From assembly GCF_009914755.1 (NCBI RefSeq), contig NC_060925.1: a stretch of DNA of 64,000 bases; one strand, written 5' to 3'. The notes beneath the pieces are model-generated. The model had not been told where the DNA came from and did not search any database. It was given only the letters and a program-made list of their open reading frames with translations. This stretch comes from the human T2T-CHM13v2.0 reference genome, Homo sapiens. Made by a program: the position numbers and the translations under genes. Shown one piece after another: positions 1-64,000 of the stretch (position 1 is its first letter; every line of letters starts with the position of its first letter).

Positions 1-109
1 TCCCCACCCCACCTCCAGCTCAGCCTAGCCTCTTTCTTTCCTTTCCCAGGCTTCTCTCCTGGGTTTTTCCAGGCTCCCCTACTCCTCCTGGGTCAAGTCA
101 AAATGCCCT

Positions 110-770
110 GGTTTATTGATCACCTGTTAAGTGTTAGGCCCTGTGTAGATTCATCAATAATAAGACACACAGACTTAGAAGGGAAAGATTGACACTTAAA
201 AGTAAACCATGAACTCCAGGAAATACACAGAGCCTTAACAGATGTACCAGAAAGGGTTATGAGAGATTATTAACCTGATTGAAGTCAGATGGCTTTCCTG
301 AAGAGGTGGCACTTGAACCATGGATTTCCATTGGAAGATTATCTGGGTAAATGCAGACATTTTAGGAGGAGGTAACTGAATGAACAAAAGCATGGGAGAA
401 AGAAGAATGTGGAGCATGTCAGTAGTTTCATTCAACTGGCATGAAGGATGTAGAAAACTAGGCTGCTAAGGCTAACCAGGGCCCCAAAGTAAAGAAGCCT
501 CAGGATACGGTAGAAAGTGCACCGGTTTTGAGGTTTTATTGGACTGGGTTCAAATTCCAGCCCTGCTACTTTCTAGCTGTGGGACTTTGGGCATATTTAT
601 TTAACCACCGATTACCAATTTGTTTCTTCTCTAGAATGGAAATAATGAAACATACCTCACATTATTTGTATTAGAATTAAATTAGACAGTGCTTGTAAAG
701 CTCCTAGTGTAGTGCTTGCTTTATTATAGGCACTGAACATACGGTAACTGGTGTCATTATTATTCATTCT
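110..770. mobile_element. Degenerate L2 and MIR fragments
   Basis: MIR core-like GGGTTCAAATTCCAGCCCTGCTACTT...GCTGTGGGACTTTGGGCA (about 545-595) and L2-like GGCTTTCCTGAAGAGGTGGCACTTGAA; boundaries approximate. Confidence 0.6.
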
Positions 771-961
771 GCCAGGTGAAAGAGCTTATGCTGTAGGCAA
801 CAGAAGCCCTCAAGACCTTTGAGGAGGCCTAGAAGAGTCCCATAATTCAATGCAGTTCCTCTCGCTCATCTTTGCCTCCTGCTCCTCAACCACCCCCTTG
901 CCTCTGACTCAGTGCTGTACCCTTCCCTATACACCTCCCTCTTCCTCTCCTCCCACCACAG

Positions 962-1105
962 GCCCAGAAGGATGTGGATGCTGTGGACAAGGTGATGAAG
1001 GAGCTAGACGAGAATGGAGACGGGGAGGTGGACTTCCAGGAGTATGTGGTGCTTGTGGCTGCTCTCACAGTGGCCTGTAACAATTTCTTCTGGGAGAACA
1101 GTTGA
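962..1105 (+). CDS. S100A1: S100A1 last coding exon (C-terminal canonical EF-hand); gene 5' part lies before the window
   Basis: Polypyrimidine tract + CAG acceptor at 959-961; reads [50 protein letters not shown]; EF-hand loop [12 protein letters not shown]. Confidence 0.97.
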   Translation, partial: [47 protein letters not shown]

Positions 1106-1251
1106 GCAGACAGCCACATTGGGCAGCGCCCTTCCTCTCCACCCTCCCAGACCTGCCTCTTCCCCCTGCTTCCACCTCACCCCACTTATCCCTCTCCATA
1201 ACCCCACCCTTGCCCACCCCACCCCCACCCCCACCAAGGGCGCAAGAGTAG

Positions 1252-2630
<1,379 letters not shown>

Positions 2631-2949
2631 TCAGAGAGAGAAAAGAGAAATCCCTATGTAGGTCTGCAACAAAATAAACACGGATGGCAGGTGTGGGGGG
2701 AGGACATGGAAACGCAATCGAGGACGCAAAGGTGCCCCACCCCAAGAAGGAGTAAACAGTATCTAGGCCAAGTTGGGGAGGGGAGGAAGTGAGGAGGAAA
2801 ACATGGACGGGCGGTGGTGTTGGCCGGTGCAGGATGGGAGAGGAATTTGCTCCTAATACTGGCCTCCTGGGCCTTGGCTGGAGCATTTACGGCACTTCAC
2901 AACTCTCAGACTGGGCGAGTGGCCATGAGGGGAAAACCAGTGCAAATTC

Positions 2950-3800
2950 CCCAGGCCCAATTGTCCGGAAGAAGACGAGGCAAGTCCGCGTAAAGATTTT
3001 TAGACGGTGTACCTTGGCTAGGGAACGGAGGGGCGAGGGAATTCGGGACCCAAATCCCCTCTAAGGCCCACATTAATAACTACCCCCAAGAGGTTGCAGC
3101 GCAACCACTACTGGAACGTGAAGTCCCCGGCACGCCCCAACAACAGGACCATTGGCCACGCCCCTAGGGGCGGGGCACTGCATGGAAAGCCCCGCCTTCG
3201 CCCTAAGGCTCCGCCTCTGACCTCTGCGCAGGCGTAGCTCAAATCTTTCCCGCCCTCTAGTCGTGCGCGGATCTGACGCCTGACGTAATTGCGTAGACGC
3301 CATTTTAGCCGGTCAGACAAGCACTGGACGTGGCGGCCATTTTGTTTTGGACACCGAGCAGGAGCTGGCGGCCGCTGCAGACGAAAGGCAGGAAAGGGCA
3401 GGCCGGGTGAGCAGACGGATCGGCCGACTAGACAGCCAACCAGCAACAACGAACTGAGCTCGCATACTACCGCTTACGCATCTAACCAACCGCCCATCTA
3501 GCTAACCCGAGCCCCTCCACCGTCAACTCAGGTTCGGCCGGTCCCCGGCCCGCCTGCCGGAGCCGTGGTGGCAGCCCCGGGAGGAGCACTGGCGTCTGTT
3601 TCCTTCGGTGAGTTTCGGTAGTGAGAAGGAGCCGGGGGAGGTGCGGTCTTGAGGAGCGGAAGGGGCCGGCGGACGCGGAAAGGGGGTGGTGGCATGTGGA
3701 CATAGCTACGGTGTTGGAGCGTGGAGGCCCCGGGGAGGAGGCGGAGCCCCTGCGAAGGGGCGGGGGAGGGGCTGAACTGGAACCTGGTGGCGGGATTGAT
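2950..3800. promoter_or_regulatory. CpG-island bidirectional promoter (CHTOP +; distal S100A13 start -)
   Basis: CpG-rich; CCAAT (ATTGG 3151-3155), GC box 3167-3176, CRE-like TGACGTAA 3281-3288, two YY1 motifs GCCATTTT (about 3299 and 3336). The S100A13 link is from knowledge of the locus, not from sequence. Confidence 0.85.
3320..3607 (+). other. CHTOP: CHTOP non-coding exon 1 (TSS approximate)
   Basis: ATG-free GC-rich segment ending at the donor TCG|GTGAGT (3608). Confidence 0.75.
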
Positions 3801-4031
3801 GGAGGTTGGGGTTTGATAGGATAAAAAGGAAACTTGGCGGGTAGAGCAGAAGTGGAAGTCTTGACAGGGCTTTGAGGATGGTAGGGAGATTAAGAAGTAC
3901 AAGACTTTGAGGAATGTTGGAAATTAATGGCGGCTTTAGGGTTAAGTTTTGTGGAGGGCTCTTTGCGAGCTAATTCCCAGGTGAATTTAGAAAACCTTTC
4001 CTACTCCCCCAGATCGTCAGTTTCTTGTTAA

Positions 4032-5690
<1,659 letters not shown>

Positions 5691-5852
5691 AAATTTAAGC
5701 ACTTGAAATGTGCCCTCGTGTGCTCTTTAGTCATCAGTGATAAGGCCTTTTTATTTATTTTTGGCTTGGGCCTTGCCACTTATAGAAATGATGTCACTAT
5801 TGTGATTTGCTCATTTTACGTATTGTTCTTTGTAGATTCTCGGGATTCGAAG

Positions 5853-14533
<8,681 letters not shown>

Positions 14534-15570
14534 AGCCTGCCCATCCTCCCATGAGAGACTCTTGTTAGTCAACACATCTGTAAATAACCTTGAGATAACA
14601 GATGAGAAGAAATCTGATTGATGCTGGATGGACCTATCACAATAGGCTGTGGACTTACTTGCCACCAGCTTGTGCATTTAGTGTGTTCCTTTTACTTTTT
14701 GATACTGTGTTGTATGAAACCCTTTTGTCCTTTGATTTGGTTTTTTGTTTTTGTTTTTTTAGGGGGGAGGGGGGGTTTCCCCTCCTTTGCCCAGACTTCT
14801 CTTTGAACACAAATGCATTAGCCTTGTGGCTAGAACACCCTCTTCCTACCTCTGTCTCCCCTCACTTGTCATATGCTCTGACATGCTAACATTTCTTTTG
14901 TTCATCCCTGTTGCCCCCACAGAAACATCCCAGAAAAACCGGTCAGTGTTCCTTCCTCCCTGATCCTTAGGTTTCTGAAATAGGGTTCTGTTACATCCTC
15001 TTCGATAGCCTGTTTAAAATGTTTAGAAGGTCTGGAGCTCAAAAATGCGTTCTTCCACATTGATAATTTAGTAAACTGAGAACATTGACATCACTACAGG
15101 GCAGCATAAGAGGTTGCTTACATGTGGTAGCAGCTCTGGTTTGATTCAAGTTGCTACCATGTACATTGACAGCACATATACCATAACCAGCGTGTTGGGT
15201 TGAATTGCACTTTCTACCTTTGTATGAGATTTACAGACTTTCCTTCTGGGTTTGTATCATGACCAGAGGGGTACTATAGGGTTGGTTTATACTGCAATAT
15301 AGAGGATCAGAAGCCATTTGATTTGGTAGGTGTGTCAGAAGGGAGAATGATGGCAGACGAACTGCTGGAAGAGGTCAGAAGATAGCCATGCTAAAATGCA
15401 ATTATATCCTCATGTTTATCCCAAACTAATCTTGGACTTTTCCACTCATTAGCTTTGTTTTGCCCTTGTTTCCCTTGAAGGTTTAAGTTCAACCATATTC
15501 TGTCAACTGTTCAGTTTCAGTGGAATCTTGTATTTCTGGTTCATTATAACAAACTGTTCGCTTAAATCCA
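14534..15570 (+). other. CHTOP: CHTOP 3' UTR (end approximate)
   Basis: Repeat-free U-rich stretch after the stop, ending before the Alu at 15625; only variant hexamers near 15545-15553. Confidence 0.6.
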
Positions 15571-15624
15571 CCCAGGACTCTCTTTATTTGAGGTGCCTCA
15601 AAATGCCATGGCTACTTTAATGAT

Positions 15625-21725
<6,101 letters not shown>

Positions 21726-22299
21726 ATTATATATATATATAATTTTTTACATACATAATTATATATATATAATTTTATATATATAATACATAGACATATA
21801 TATATATACACACACACACATATATGTATATAAGTCCCATATAAATAGCTGTAAATCCCCTATGCTGGACAATTGTGGGGAAGATAGAAACCCAACAGGC
21901 TCTCTGAGGCAGTCTGCAGAAAGTGGGCTTTGCTTGTGGAGAACCATAGGAGGCTGCTGGAATACAGGAGGATCATGGTCTCTGAATTTTCCTGCACAAC
22001 GTCTCACTAAATCTGCCCCTCCCTGTCCTCTCCTCCTCCCTTTCTCCTCATATCTCGGTAGGTACCCTCTGCCCTTTTATTGCTCATACTTTTCCTTTAT
22101 GATACAATTCCTCCTAAGAAAACCAAATACTTGGAACAGAAATGGGGAGGTTGGAAAACAAGACTCATTAGAGAAGCCTTCTGGGTGGTGATCAGGCCTT
22201 GGAGGTGGGAACACCATTTCCCTGTGACTTGTGCCCAAGTGAATAAAATCGTACTTTAGATCTAGAGCTTCCTGTAGAGCAGACAAGTGAATTTTCCAG

Positions 22300-23562
<1,263 letters not shown>

Positions 23563-24088
23563 AAACAGCATGGTGGTTGTATGTGCAGTAGTTGGATGGG
23601 AAGGGGCATTCTTAGGACCTGCATCTTCAGTCTCTCTGGAAAAGCCAAGGCCTGGAGGAGGGCCACAGCTATACGATACAGGTGAAGGCAGGCAGGAAGG
23701 GGCTTTTGTGCTGAATACCTTGGGCCTAAAGTGTGATAAATGTTTAGAGAATGAAAAATTACACTAGCACTGGCCTTCAACCTCTTATCAAATTTCAGGG
23801 ATTCTTCAAGACCCTTGTCCAGTTTTCCTCACAAGTGTCCCAGGAACAAAGGACAGAGTCTAAAATTCCTTTCAGCACTACTTTTCTCTAAGCAGGGGTA
23901 TTATGAAATCTGACTGGTATTTCAGAATGCAGACTGACCTGGAATATAGAGACTACAGGCAAGATCAGTCAGGAGGCCTTTGCAATAGACCCCATGAGAA
24001 ATAAAGTTCAAGAAAAAGGAAAGCATAAAAACAAAACACATGCTTTTCCTCAGAGAACCAGCCTTTGAAGTCAGATTACTAGATAACC

Positions 24089-24652
<564 letters not shown>

Positions 24653-24690
24653 AGGGAGTATTTAATCTAAAGAATTGAAGAGGCACCTGA

Positions 24691-27682
<2,992 letters not shown>

Positions 27683-28008
27683 TAAAGTTAACATGGGAAG
27701 GCTATGGACAACTGCAGGTATTCGCGTTTATTTTCACCTTTAAAGAAAACGAAAAGTATCCACTCCAAAAACTGGTTCCTTTCTACAACCTGAACTTTGG
27801 AGATTTTCAAGACCAGCCACAAGGCCTCTACTCCTACGGCCTGGCCCTCCTCCCCGCCCGGTTCGCGCTAGACTCCATTTCCCAGAAACCCCGGTGTCTT
27901 GGTGGAGACAGCATTTCCCGGGCGCCCCCTCACGGGGCGGGGCAGTGCGGCGCGGCTCCGGTTCCCGGCGGCCCTCGCGGCAGGTTTCGGGCTTCAGGAC
28001 AATTCGTG

Positions 28009-30566
<2,558 letters not shown>

Positions 30567-31070
30567 CAGATGAGCCTATGGACTCAGTAGCACAAGTACT
30601 GTTCCCCAGCTGCCTTGTTTCAACAGACATGCAAAGATCCTAGGAGACAGTCCCCATAGACCTTCAGACATTAAAAAGGGAGCCGTACAGTTTGTTTGAA
30701 GCACTTCGTCTTACCCATTTATGTAGGGGCCCCAGGAAACCTACACACAGCCAGAATGAGGTTCCCAAAGGACTTACATTAATTATGGCTCTTGCTTCCT
30801 TTCACAAATGAGCTGAGGCCTCTACTTTTTTTTTTAAGCTGCATACGTGAGGCTTACCTTCTTCAGGACTAGTTAACCAGAGGGGCTTCCTTTGTATGTT
30901 ACATGCCTGGTTACATGGGCCTGGACAGCATGTCCTCTACCTGTGACTTCTCATTTTCCTGTTTACACTGGGGATTTGGAGGGGGCAGGCAAAGTCAAAG
31001 TGAATGACCTCTGTCCACCCACTTTTTTATTGCACTGGCTTGAATACAGTAGCAGTGTTGATAGAATCAT

Positions 31071-31076
31071 TTTATT
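31071..31076 (-). terminator. ILF2: ILF2 distal poly(A) signal AATAAA (TTTATT on +)
   Basis: Canonical hexamer on the minus strand about 590 nt past the ILF2 stop; another at 31026-31031. Confidence 0.7.
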
Positions 31077-31077
31077 C

Positions 31078-31083
31078 AATAAA
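31078..31083 (+). terminator. SNAPIN: SNAPIN poly(A) signal AATAAA
   Basis: First AATAAA after the stop; upstream TGTA and T-rich elements. Confidence 0.85.
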
Positions 31084-31315
31084 TACTTAAAATGATATTC
31101 TAGTTTACTCTGGTATATGGAAAGGTTCCAGGAGTTTGTCCTTTAATTCAAAGACAGCTTCAAATTGTGATCTGAGTATTTATAATTAAATGACTCAATT
31201 ATCATTTTCAACAAAAGAGTACACAAAGCCAAAAGCAAAAAAGGTTGCCACATGCAAAAAAACAAACAAACAAAAAACACCAACCAGAAAGACCAAGAGC
31301 CCTACTAGGAAGTAC

Positions 31316-31321
31316 TTTAAT
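31316..31321 (-). terminator. ILF2: ILF2 proximal poly(A) signal ATTAAA
   Basis: TTTAAT on +; followed on the minus strand by a long GU/U-rich downstream element (31205-31290). Confidence 0.7.
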
Positions 31322-31660
31322 AGTTTTTCTTAGAAAAAAAAATTTCCAGACACTTAACATTTCACAACATTTCAACAGCAAAGTATTAGTTGAGAGAGGG
31401 GTTTTCAGGAGTTGGAGATTATAGAATATTAGGAAGAAATGTTGGTATCCTCCATTATAGATGGATGGCATAGGTCACAAATGGGAGACTGGCAGCTAAG
31501 CCAATATCAAAACCCAGTGGAATGACACTTCTATGGAGTTTACTTTTCTTCCTGCTATCTTCCCTATCCCACGGAAATGTCTGTCACCATGTAAAGCCCA
31601 GTAGCAGGCAGCTTAGGCTCCAGTCTTCCCCCTTGGGTAGGAAAAGGAGTGAAGGGAATG

Positions 31661-40187
<8,527 letters not shown>

Positions 40188-40189
40188 GG

Positions 40190-40500
40190 CGCCTTAAAAC
40201 ACGAACAATGGAGGCCGCACCAACCGCCCCTTCCTCTGAGTAGCAGACAACTGAAGAGGCGTCTTGCCGGCGTGTCCCAATAAAACCCGGTGCGATTGGC
40301 TCCCGCCTTACCCCATCGCTTATGCCTATTGGCTTACTTTGTCAAACCGGGCTTATGAACCAATAAAAAACGCCTACTGTGTCAGGAACTAGCCAATAAG
40401 AACTGGTTCTATAGTAATGACGAATTTTTGATCAGACATTAGGTGGCACTAAAGAAGTCAGGACAACGACTACGTAGTGTTCTATAACAATCATGAGAAA
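40190..40500. promoter_or_regulatory. ILF2: ILF2 promoter/5' UTR with five CCAAT boxes, divergent from the tRNA gene
   Basis: CCAAT/ATTGG at 40277, 40295, 40328, 40360, 40393; CpG-rich 39800-40320. Confidence 0.8.
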
Positions 40501-40514
40501 TTTTAGTTCTAGAT

Positions 40515-40586
40515 AGCAGAGTGGCGCAGCGGAAGCGTGCTGGGCCCATAACCCAGAGGTCGATGGATCGAAACCATCCTCTGCTA
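40515..40586 (+). tRNA. Initiator tRNA-Met (CAT anticodon)
   Basis: Exact eukaryotic tRNAi-Met AGCAGAGTGGCGCAGCGGAAGCGTGCTGGGCCCATAACCCAGAGGTCGATGGATCGAAACCATCCTCTGCTA; A1-U72 pair, 3 G-C pairs in anticodon stem, GATCGAAA T-loop. Confidence 0.98.
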
Positions 40587-40592
40587 TCGGAG

Positions 40593-40598
40593 TTTTTT
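40593..40598 (+). terminator. Pol III terminator T6
   Basis: TTTTTT 6 nt downstream of the tRNA. Confidence 0.9.
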
Positions 40599-40854
40599 CA
40601 TTGCCCTGTACGGCATACGTAATCTACGTTTCTTTAGTGAAGGAAAATATCTTGCCAATTTTCCTACCTCAAAAATGCAACCAATATCAGCTATTTTTGC
40701 CACTAGCAGTTGAAGTTGATGGGGAAAAGGGAGTTTAGGCAACTATGAACACTGCACGTCTACAAACTCGAAGCAGGAGAAACAGGTTTTAGATAGGAGA
40801 GGAGTATATTGATTGAATTAGTGTGGAAAACATGGTTTTCCATGTCCATGGAAA

Positions 40855-45432
<4,578 letters not shown>

Positions 45433-45930
45433 GTTCTTTGATTTTTAAAAAAGTATTTCATCCAACACTTTTAGTTGTCTGTAGCTTTAGGGCTAGTTCA
45501 CCATTATTGAAAGGAGCTCAATTACTAAACTATATTTCTAGTCCAGTCATTTCTTCTGAGCTCCAGCTCCACTAGTCCGAGGCCTATCAGACACTTCCAC
45601 TTGATTATCTATAGGCACCTCACATCCAATAAACTAAAAGTATCATCCTTCCAAAACCTTCTTCAGCTTCTCAGCTAATGGGATCAACATCACCTAGATC
45701 TGTTATTTGTATAATGTCCTCACTTCCCAAAGTTCAACTGATTCTACTTACAAAACATCTCCCCATCTGCATCTGCTGTCTACCTCTACAATCTCTGGAA
45801 TCCGCCATCTCCATTACAGGACAAGAACATTATGCCTGTCACACAAAAGCTTTCATAATCTTCCCTCCACTGCCCTCTTCCCTGCCTCTCTTCCTCAGTC
45901 ATCCTACATGCACACACCTTACATCCTAGA

Positions 45931-46700
45931 TCAGGGCTGAAAACACAAACTCCTACTACAGCCAGGCAGGTAATGCACCTGAGTGAAGCAGGGTGCCTAG
46001 GAACCATAATGAACTAGACTCATTTCAAGGAGATAATGGATACTTGCTCTGGTTAATTGCTCATGGAGGGATGCAGGACAATATATTGCCAGCTCTTCCA
46101 ATATTTTAAGGAAAGTCAGAAATCCAGGTTGGGCCTGGTGGCTCACACATGTTATCCAGGAATTTTGGGAGGCCAATGCAAGAGGATCGCTTGAGCCTAG
46201 GAGTTCAAGACCAGCCTGGGCAACATAGGGAGACCTCCATCTTTGAAGGAAAAAAAAAAAAAAGTCAGAAATCCAAATATTCATGTACCATCTTTTTTTT
46301 TTTTTTTTTTTTGAGACGGAGTCTTGCTCTGTTGCCCAGGCTGGAGTGCAGTGGCGCAATCTCGGCTCGTTGCAACCTCTGTCTCCCGGATTCAAGCAAT
46401 TCTCTACCTCAGCCTCCCAAGTAGCTGGGATTACAGGCGGCCGCCACCATGTCTGGCTAATTTTTGTATTTTTAGTAGAGACGGGGTTTCACCATCTTGG
46501 CCAGGCTGATCTTGAACTCCTGACCTCATGATCCACCCACCCTGACCTCCCAAAGTGCTGGGATTAGAGGCTTGAGCCACCTTGCCCGGCCCCATCTTAT
46601 GATATTTAAGTGTGGGGAATTAAATACAATATACATAAAGAGAATGCAAGCCAAAGCATGCCTGCCATCTCAAGTTGGCCTATCGACCACAATTTGCTCT
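45931..46700 (+). mobile_element. MER103C-like DNA transposon interrupted by Alus (46127-46262 +, 46293-46592 -); L2 fragments either side
   Basis: GCCAGGCAGGTAATGCACCTGAGTGAAGCAGG...TTGCCAGCTCTTCC...AGAAATCCA resembles MER103C. Confidence 0.55.
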
Positions 46701-47559
46701 AGATAATAAGAATATTCAAGTCTCCTAAAATTCCATATATAGGAAATGTACTTCAACATTCTGCTCTGTCTACACAGAATACCTTTCTCATCCTTCTATC
46801 CTCTTGAATTATTTCTTTTTTGGAGATTTTCTGGCCCCAATCCAAGCAGAATGAATAGCCCTCATCTGAGTCCTTTAGCAATTTATCCATGTCTCCCCTG
46901 TAGTGCTTAATGCATGTTGCATTACGGTTATTTGTCCCAAATGGAGCTCCTCAAAGGCACGGACTATATATATTCATCTTTATGCCCTCGGCACCTAGTG
47001 GGTGCTTAATGCACCGAAGGTTCTCTGGAAATGTTTGCTGACCTGAAGTTTGGTGATCTTATGTCCTGCTTAGGCGCAGCGTTGGAGAGGTTGGCGCTGC
47101 AATGCCGTCAATAACCCCCGATGACCATTAGAGGGCACACTGATTCCACAGCAGTCTGCACCGGGGGCCCAGCTGTCAAGTGCTCCAAAACCCACTCCCC
47201 AATTTACGCCTCCAGTGGTCATCTCCCACAGCCTTCATTTTAACAACCCTCAACACAAAACAGTCATTTTCTTGGGGCGTCCCTGAGGTGTGAACCTCCT
47301 CCCTCCCAGACACCCACCCACTCTCCCCATCTTCCTACAATTTGGGCGCTAAAGATTTAATTCCTCTCTGACACCAGATCATTTTTTCACAGCTAATCTG
47401 CACAGTCTGGAAGGTGGCAGGGAGGGAAAGAGAGGGAGATCATAGAAGGAATGGGTAACAAGCACTCTGGGCTCACCTTCAACTTTAACGGACTTTCCAG
47501 AAACCCGTCACCTTCCACCCCACACCCAAACACACACATCCACGCACTCACTCAGTTTC

Positions 47560-62678
<15,119 letters not shown>

Positions 62679-63234
62679 CCTGCCTCCTCTCCTATCCCTC
62701 CACACCTCCCTACCCTGTGCCAGAAGCAACAGAGGTGCCAGGCCTCAGCCTCACCCACAGCAGCCCCATCGCCAAAGGATGGAAGTAATTTGAATAGCTC
62801 AGGTGTGCTGACCCCAGTGAAGACACCAGATAGGACCTCTGAGAGGGGACTGGCATGGGGGGATCTCAGAGCTTACAGGCTGAGCCAAGCCCACGGCCAT
62901 GCACAGGGACACTCACACAGGCACACGCACCTGCTCTCCACCTGGACTCAGGCCGGGCTGGGCTGTGGATTCCTGATCCCCTCCCCTCCCCATGCTCTCC
63001 TCCCTCAGCCTTGCTACCCTGTGACTTACTGGGAGGAGAAAGAGTCACCTGAAGGGGAACATGAAAAGAGACTAGGTGAAGAGAGGGCAGGGGAGCCCAC
63101 ATCTGGGGCTGGCCCACAATACCTGCTCCCCCGACCCCCTCCACCCAGCAGTAGACACAGTGCACAGGGGAGAAGAGGGGTGGCGCAGAAGGGTTGGGGG
63201 CCTGTATGCCTTGCTTCTACCATGAGCAGAGACA

Positions 63235-63240
63235 ATTAAA
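63235..63240 (+). terminator. NPR1: NPR1 poly(A) signal ATTAAA
   Basis: ATTAAA with upstream TGTA (63203) and a downstream GT/T-rich tract. Confidence 0.8.
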
Positions 63241-63597
63241 ATCTTTATTCCAGTGACAGTGTCTCTTCTTGAGGGAGAGAGGGTTGCCAGAAAACAGTCA
63301 GTTCTCCACTCTCTACTTCAAATAAGACTCACTTCTTGTTCTACAAGGGTCTAGAAGGAAAAGTAAAAAAAAAAGACTCTCGATTCTTAAGCTGGGAATG
63401 CAGGCTCTGAGAGTAGTAACAGCCTATGAATTGCCCAGCAGTGCTGAAACTGGTTTAAGGACCCATTTACATCCTTAAGAATTATTATTATTGGCCGGGC
63501 ACAGGGGCTCATGCCTGTAATCCCAGCACTTTGGGAGGCTGAGGTGGATGGATCACCTGAGGTCAAGAGTTCAAAACCAGCCTGGCCAACATGGTGA

Positions 63598-63894
<297 letters not shown>

Positions 63895-64000
63895 TAGCCA
63901 GGATGGTCTCGATCTCCCAACCTCATGATCCGCCCGCCTCGGCCTCCCAAAGTGCTGGGATTACAGGCGTAAACCACCACACCCGGCCGAGAATCTCTTG

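Overview
Mammalian (human by protein identity; matches the 1q21.3 S100 cluster edge), gene-dense and very Alu-rich 64 kb. Order: last exon of S100A1 (+); a bidirectional CpG promoter (CHTOP +, distal S100A13 start -); complete CHTOP (248/249 aa); about 12 kb of repeat-rich spacer (LTR41, MER53, Alus); complete SNAPIN (+, 136 aa), tail-to-tail with complete ILF2/NF45 (-, 390 aa); an initiator tRNA-Met gene head-to-head with ILF2; a nested Alu pile-up; and complete 22-exon NPR1/GC-A (+, 1061 aa). All four complete genes were spliced by hand at GT-AG junctions and give intact reading frames. Almost all other ORFs in the supplied track are Alu-derived or GC-rich shadow ORFs. The best non-obvious signals are: (1) a three-copy structured RNA motif (GUCCA-stem-GUAAG[A]GGC) in CHTOP introns 2 and 3 that ends in a 5' splice-site-like sequence and may be an autoregulatory intron-retention/decoy-exon switch; (2) a palindromic TTTATTCAATAAA poly(A) element shared by SNAPIN and ILF2; (3) a templated insertion copying ILF2 exon 4 sequence into a nearby Alu; (4) two uORFs in the NPR1 leader; (5) phased CCAAT boxes between ILF2 and the tRNA; (6) 14 in-frame stop codons formed by a (TAG)n repeat in an ILF2 intron. 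Repeat family names are from recalled consensus similarity, not a RepeatMasker run.
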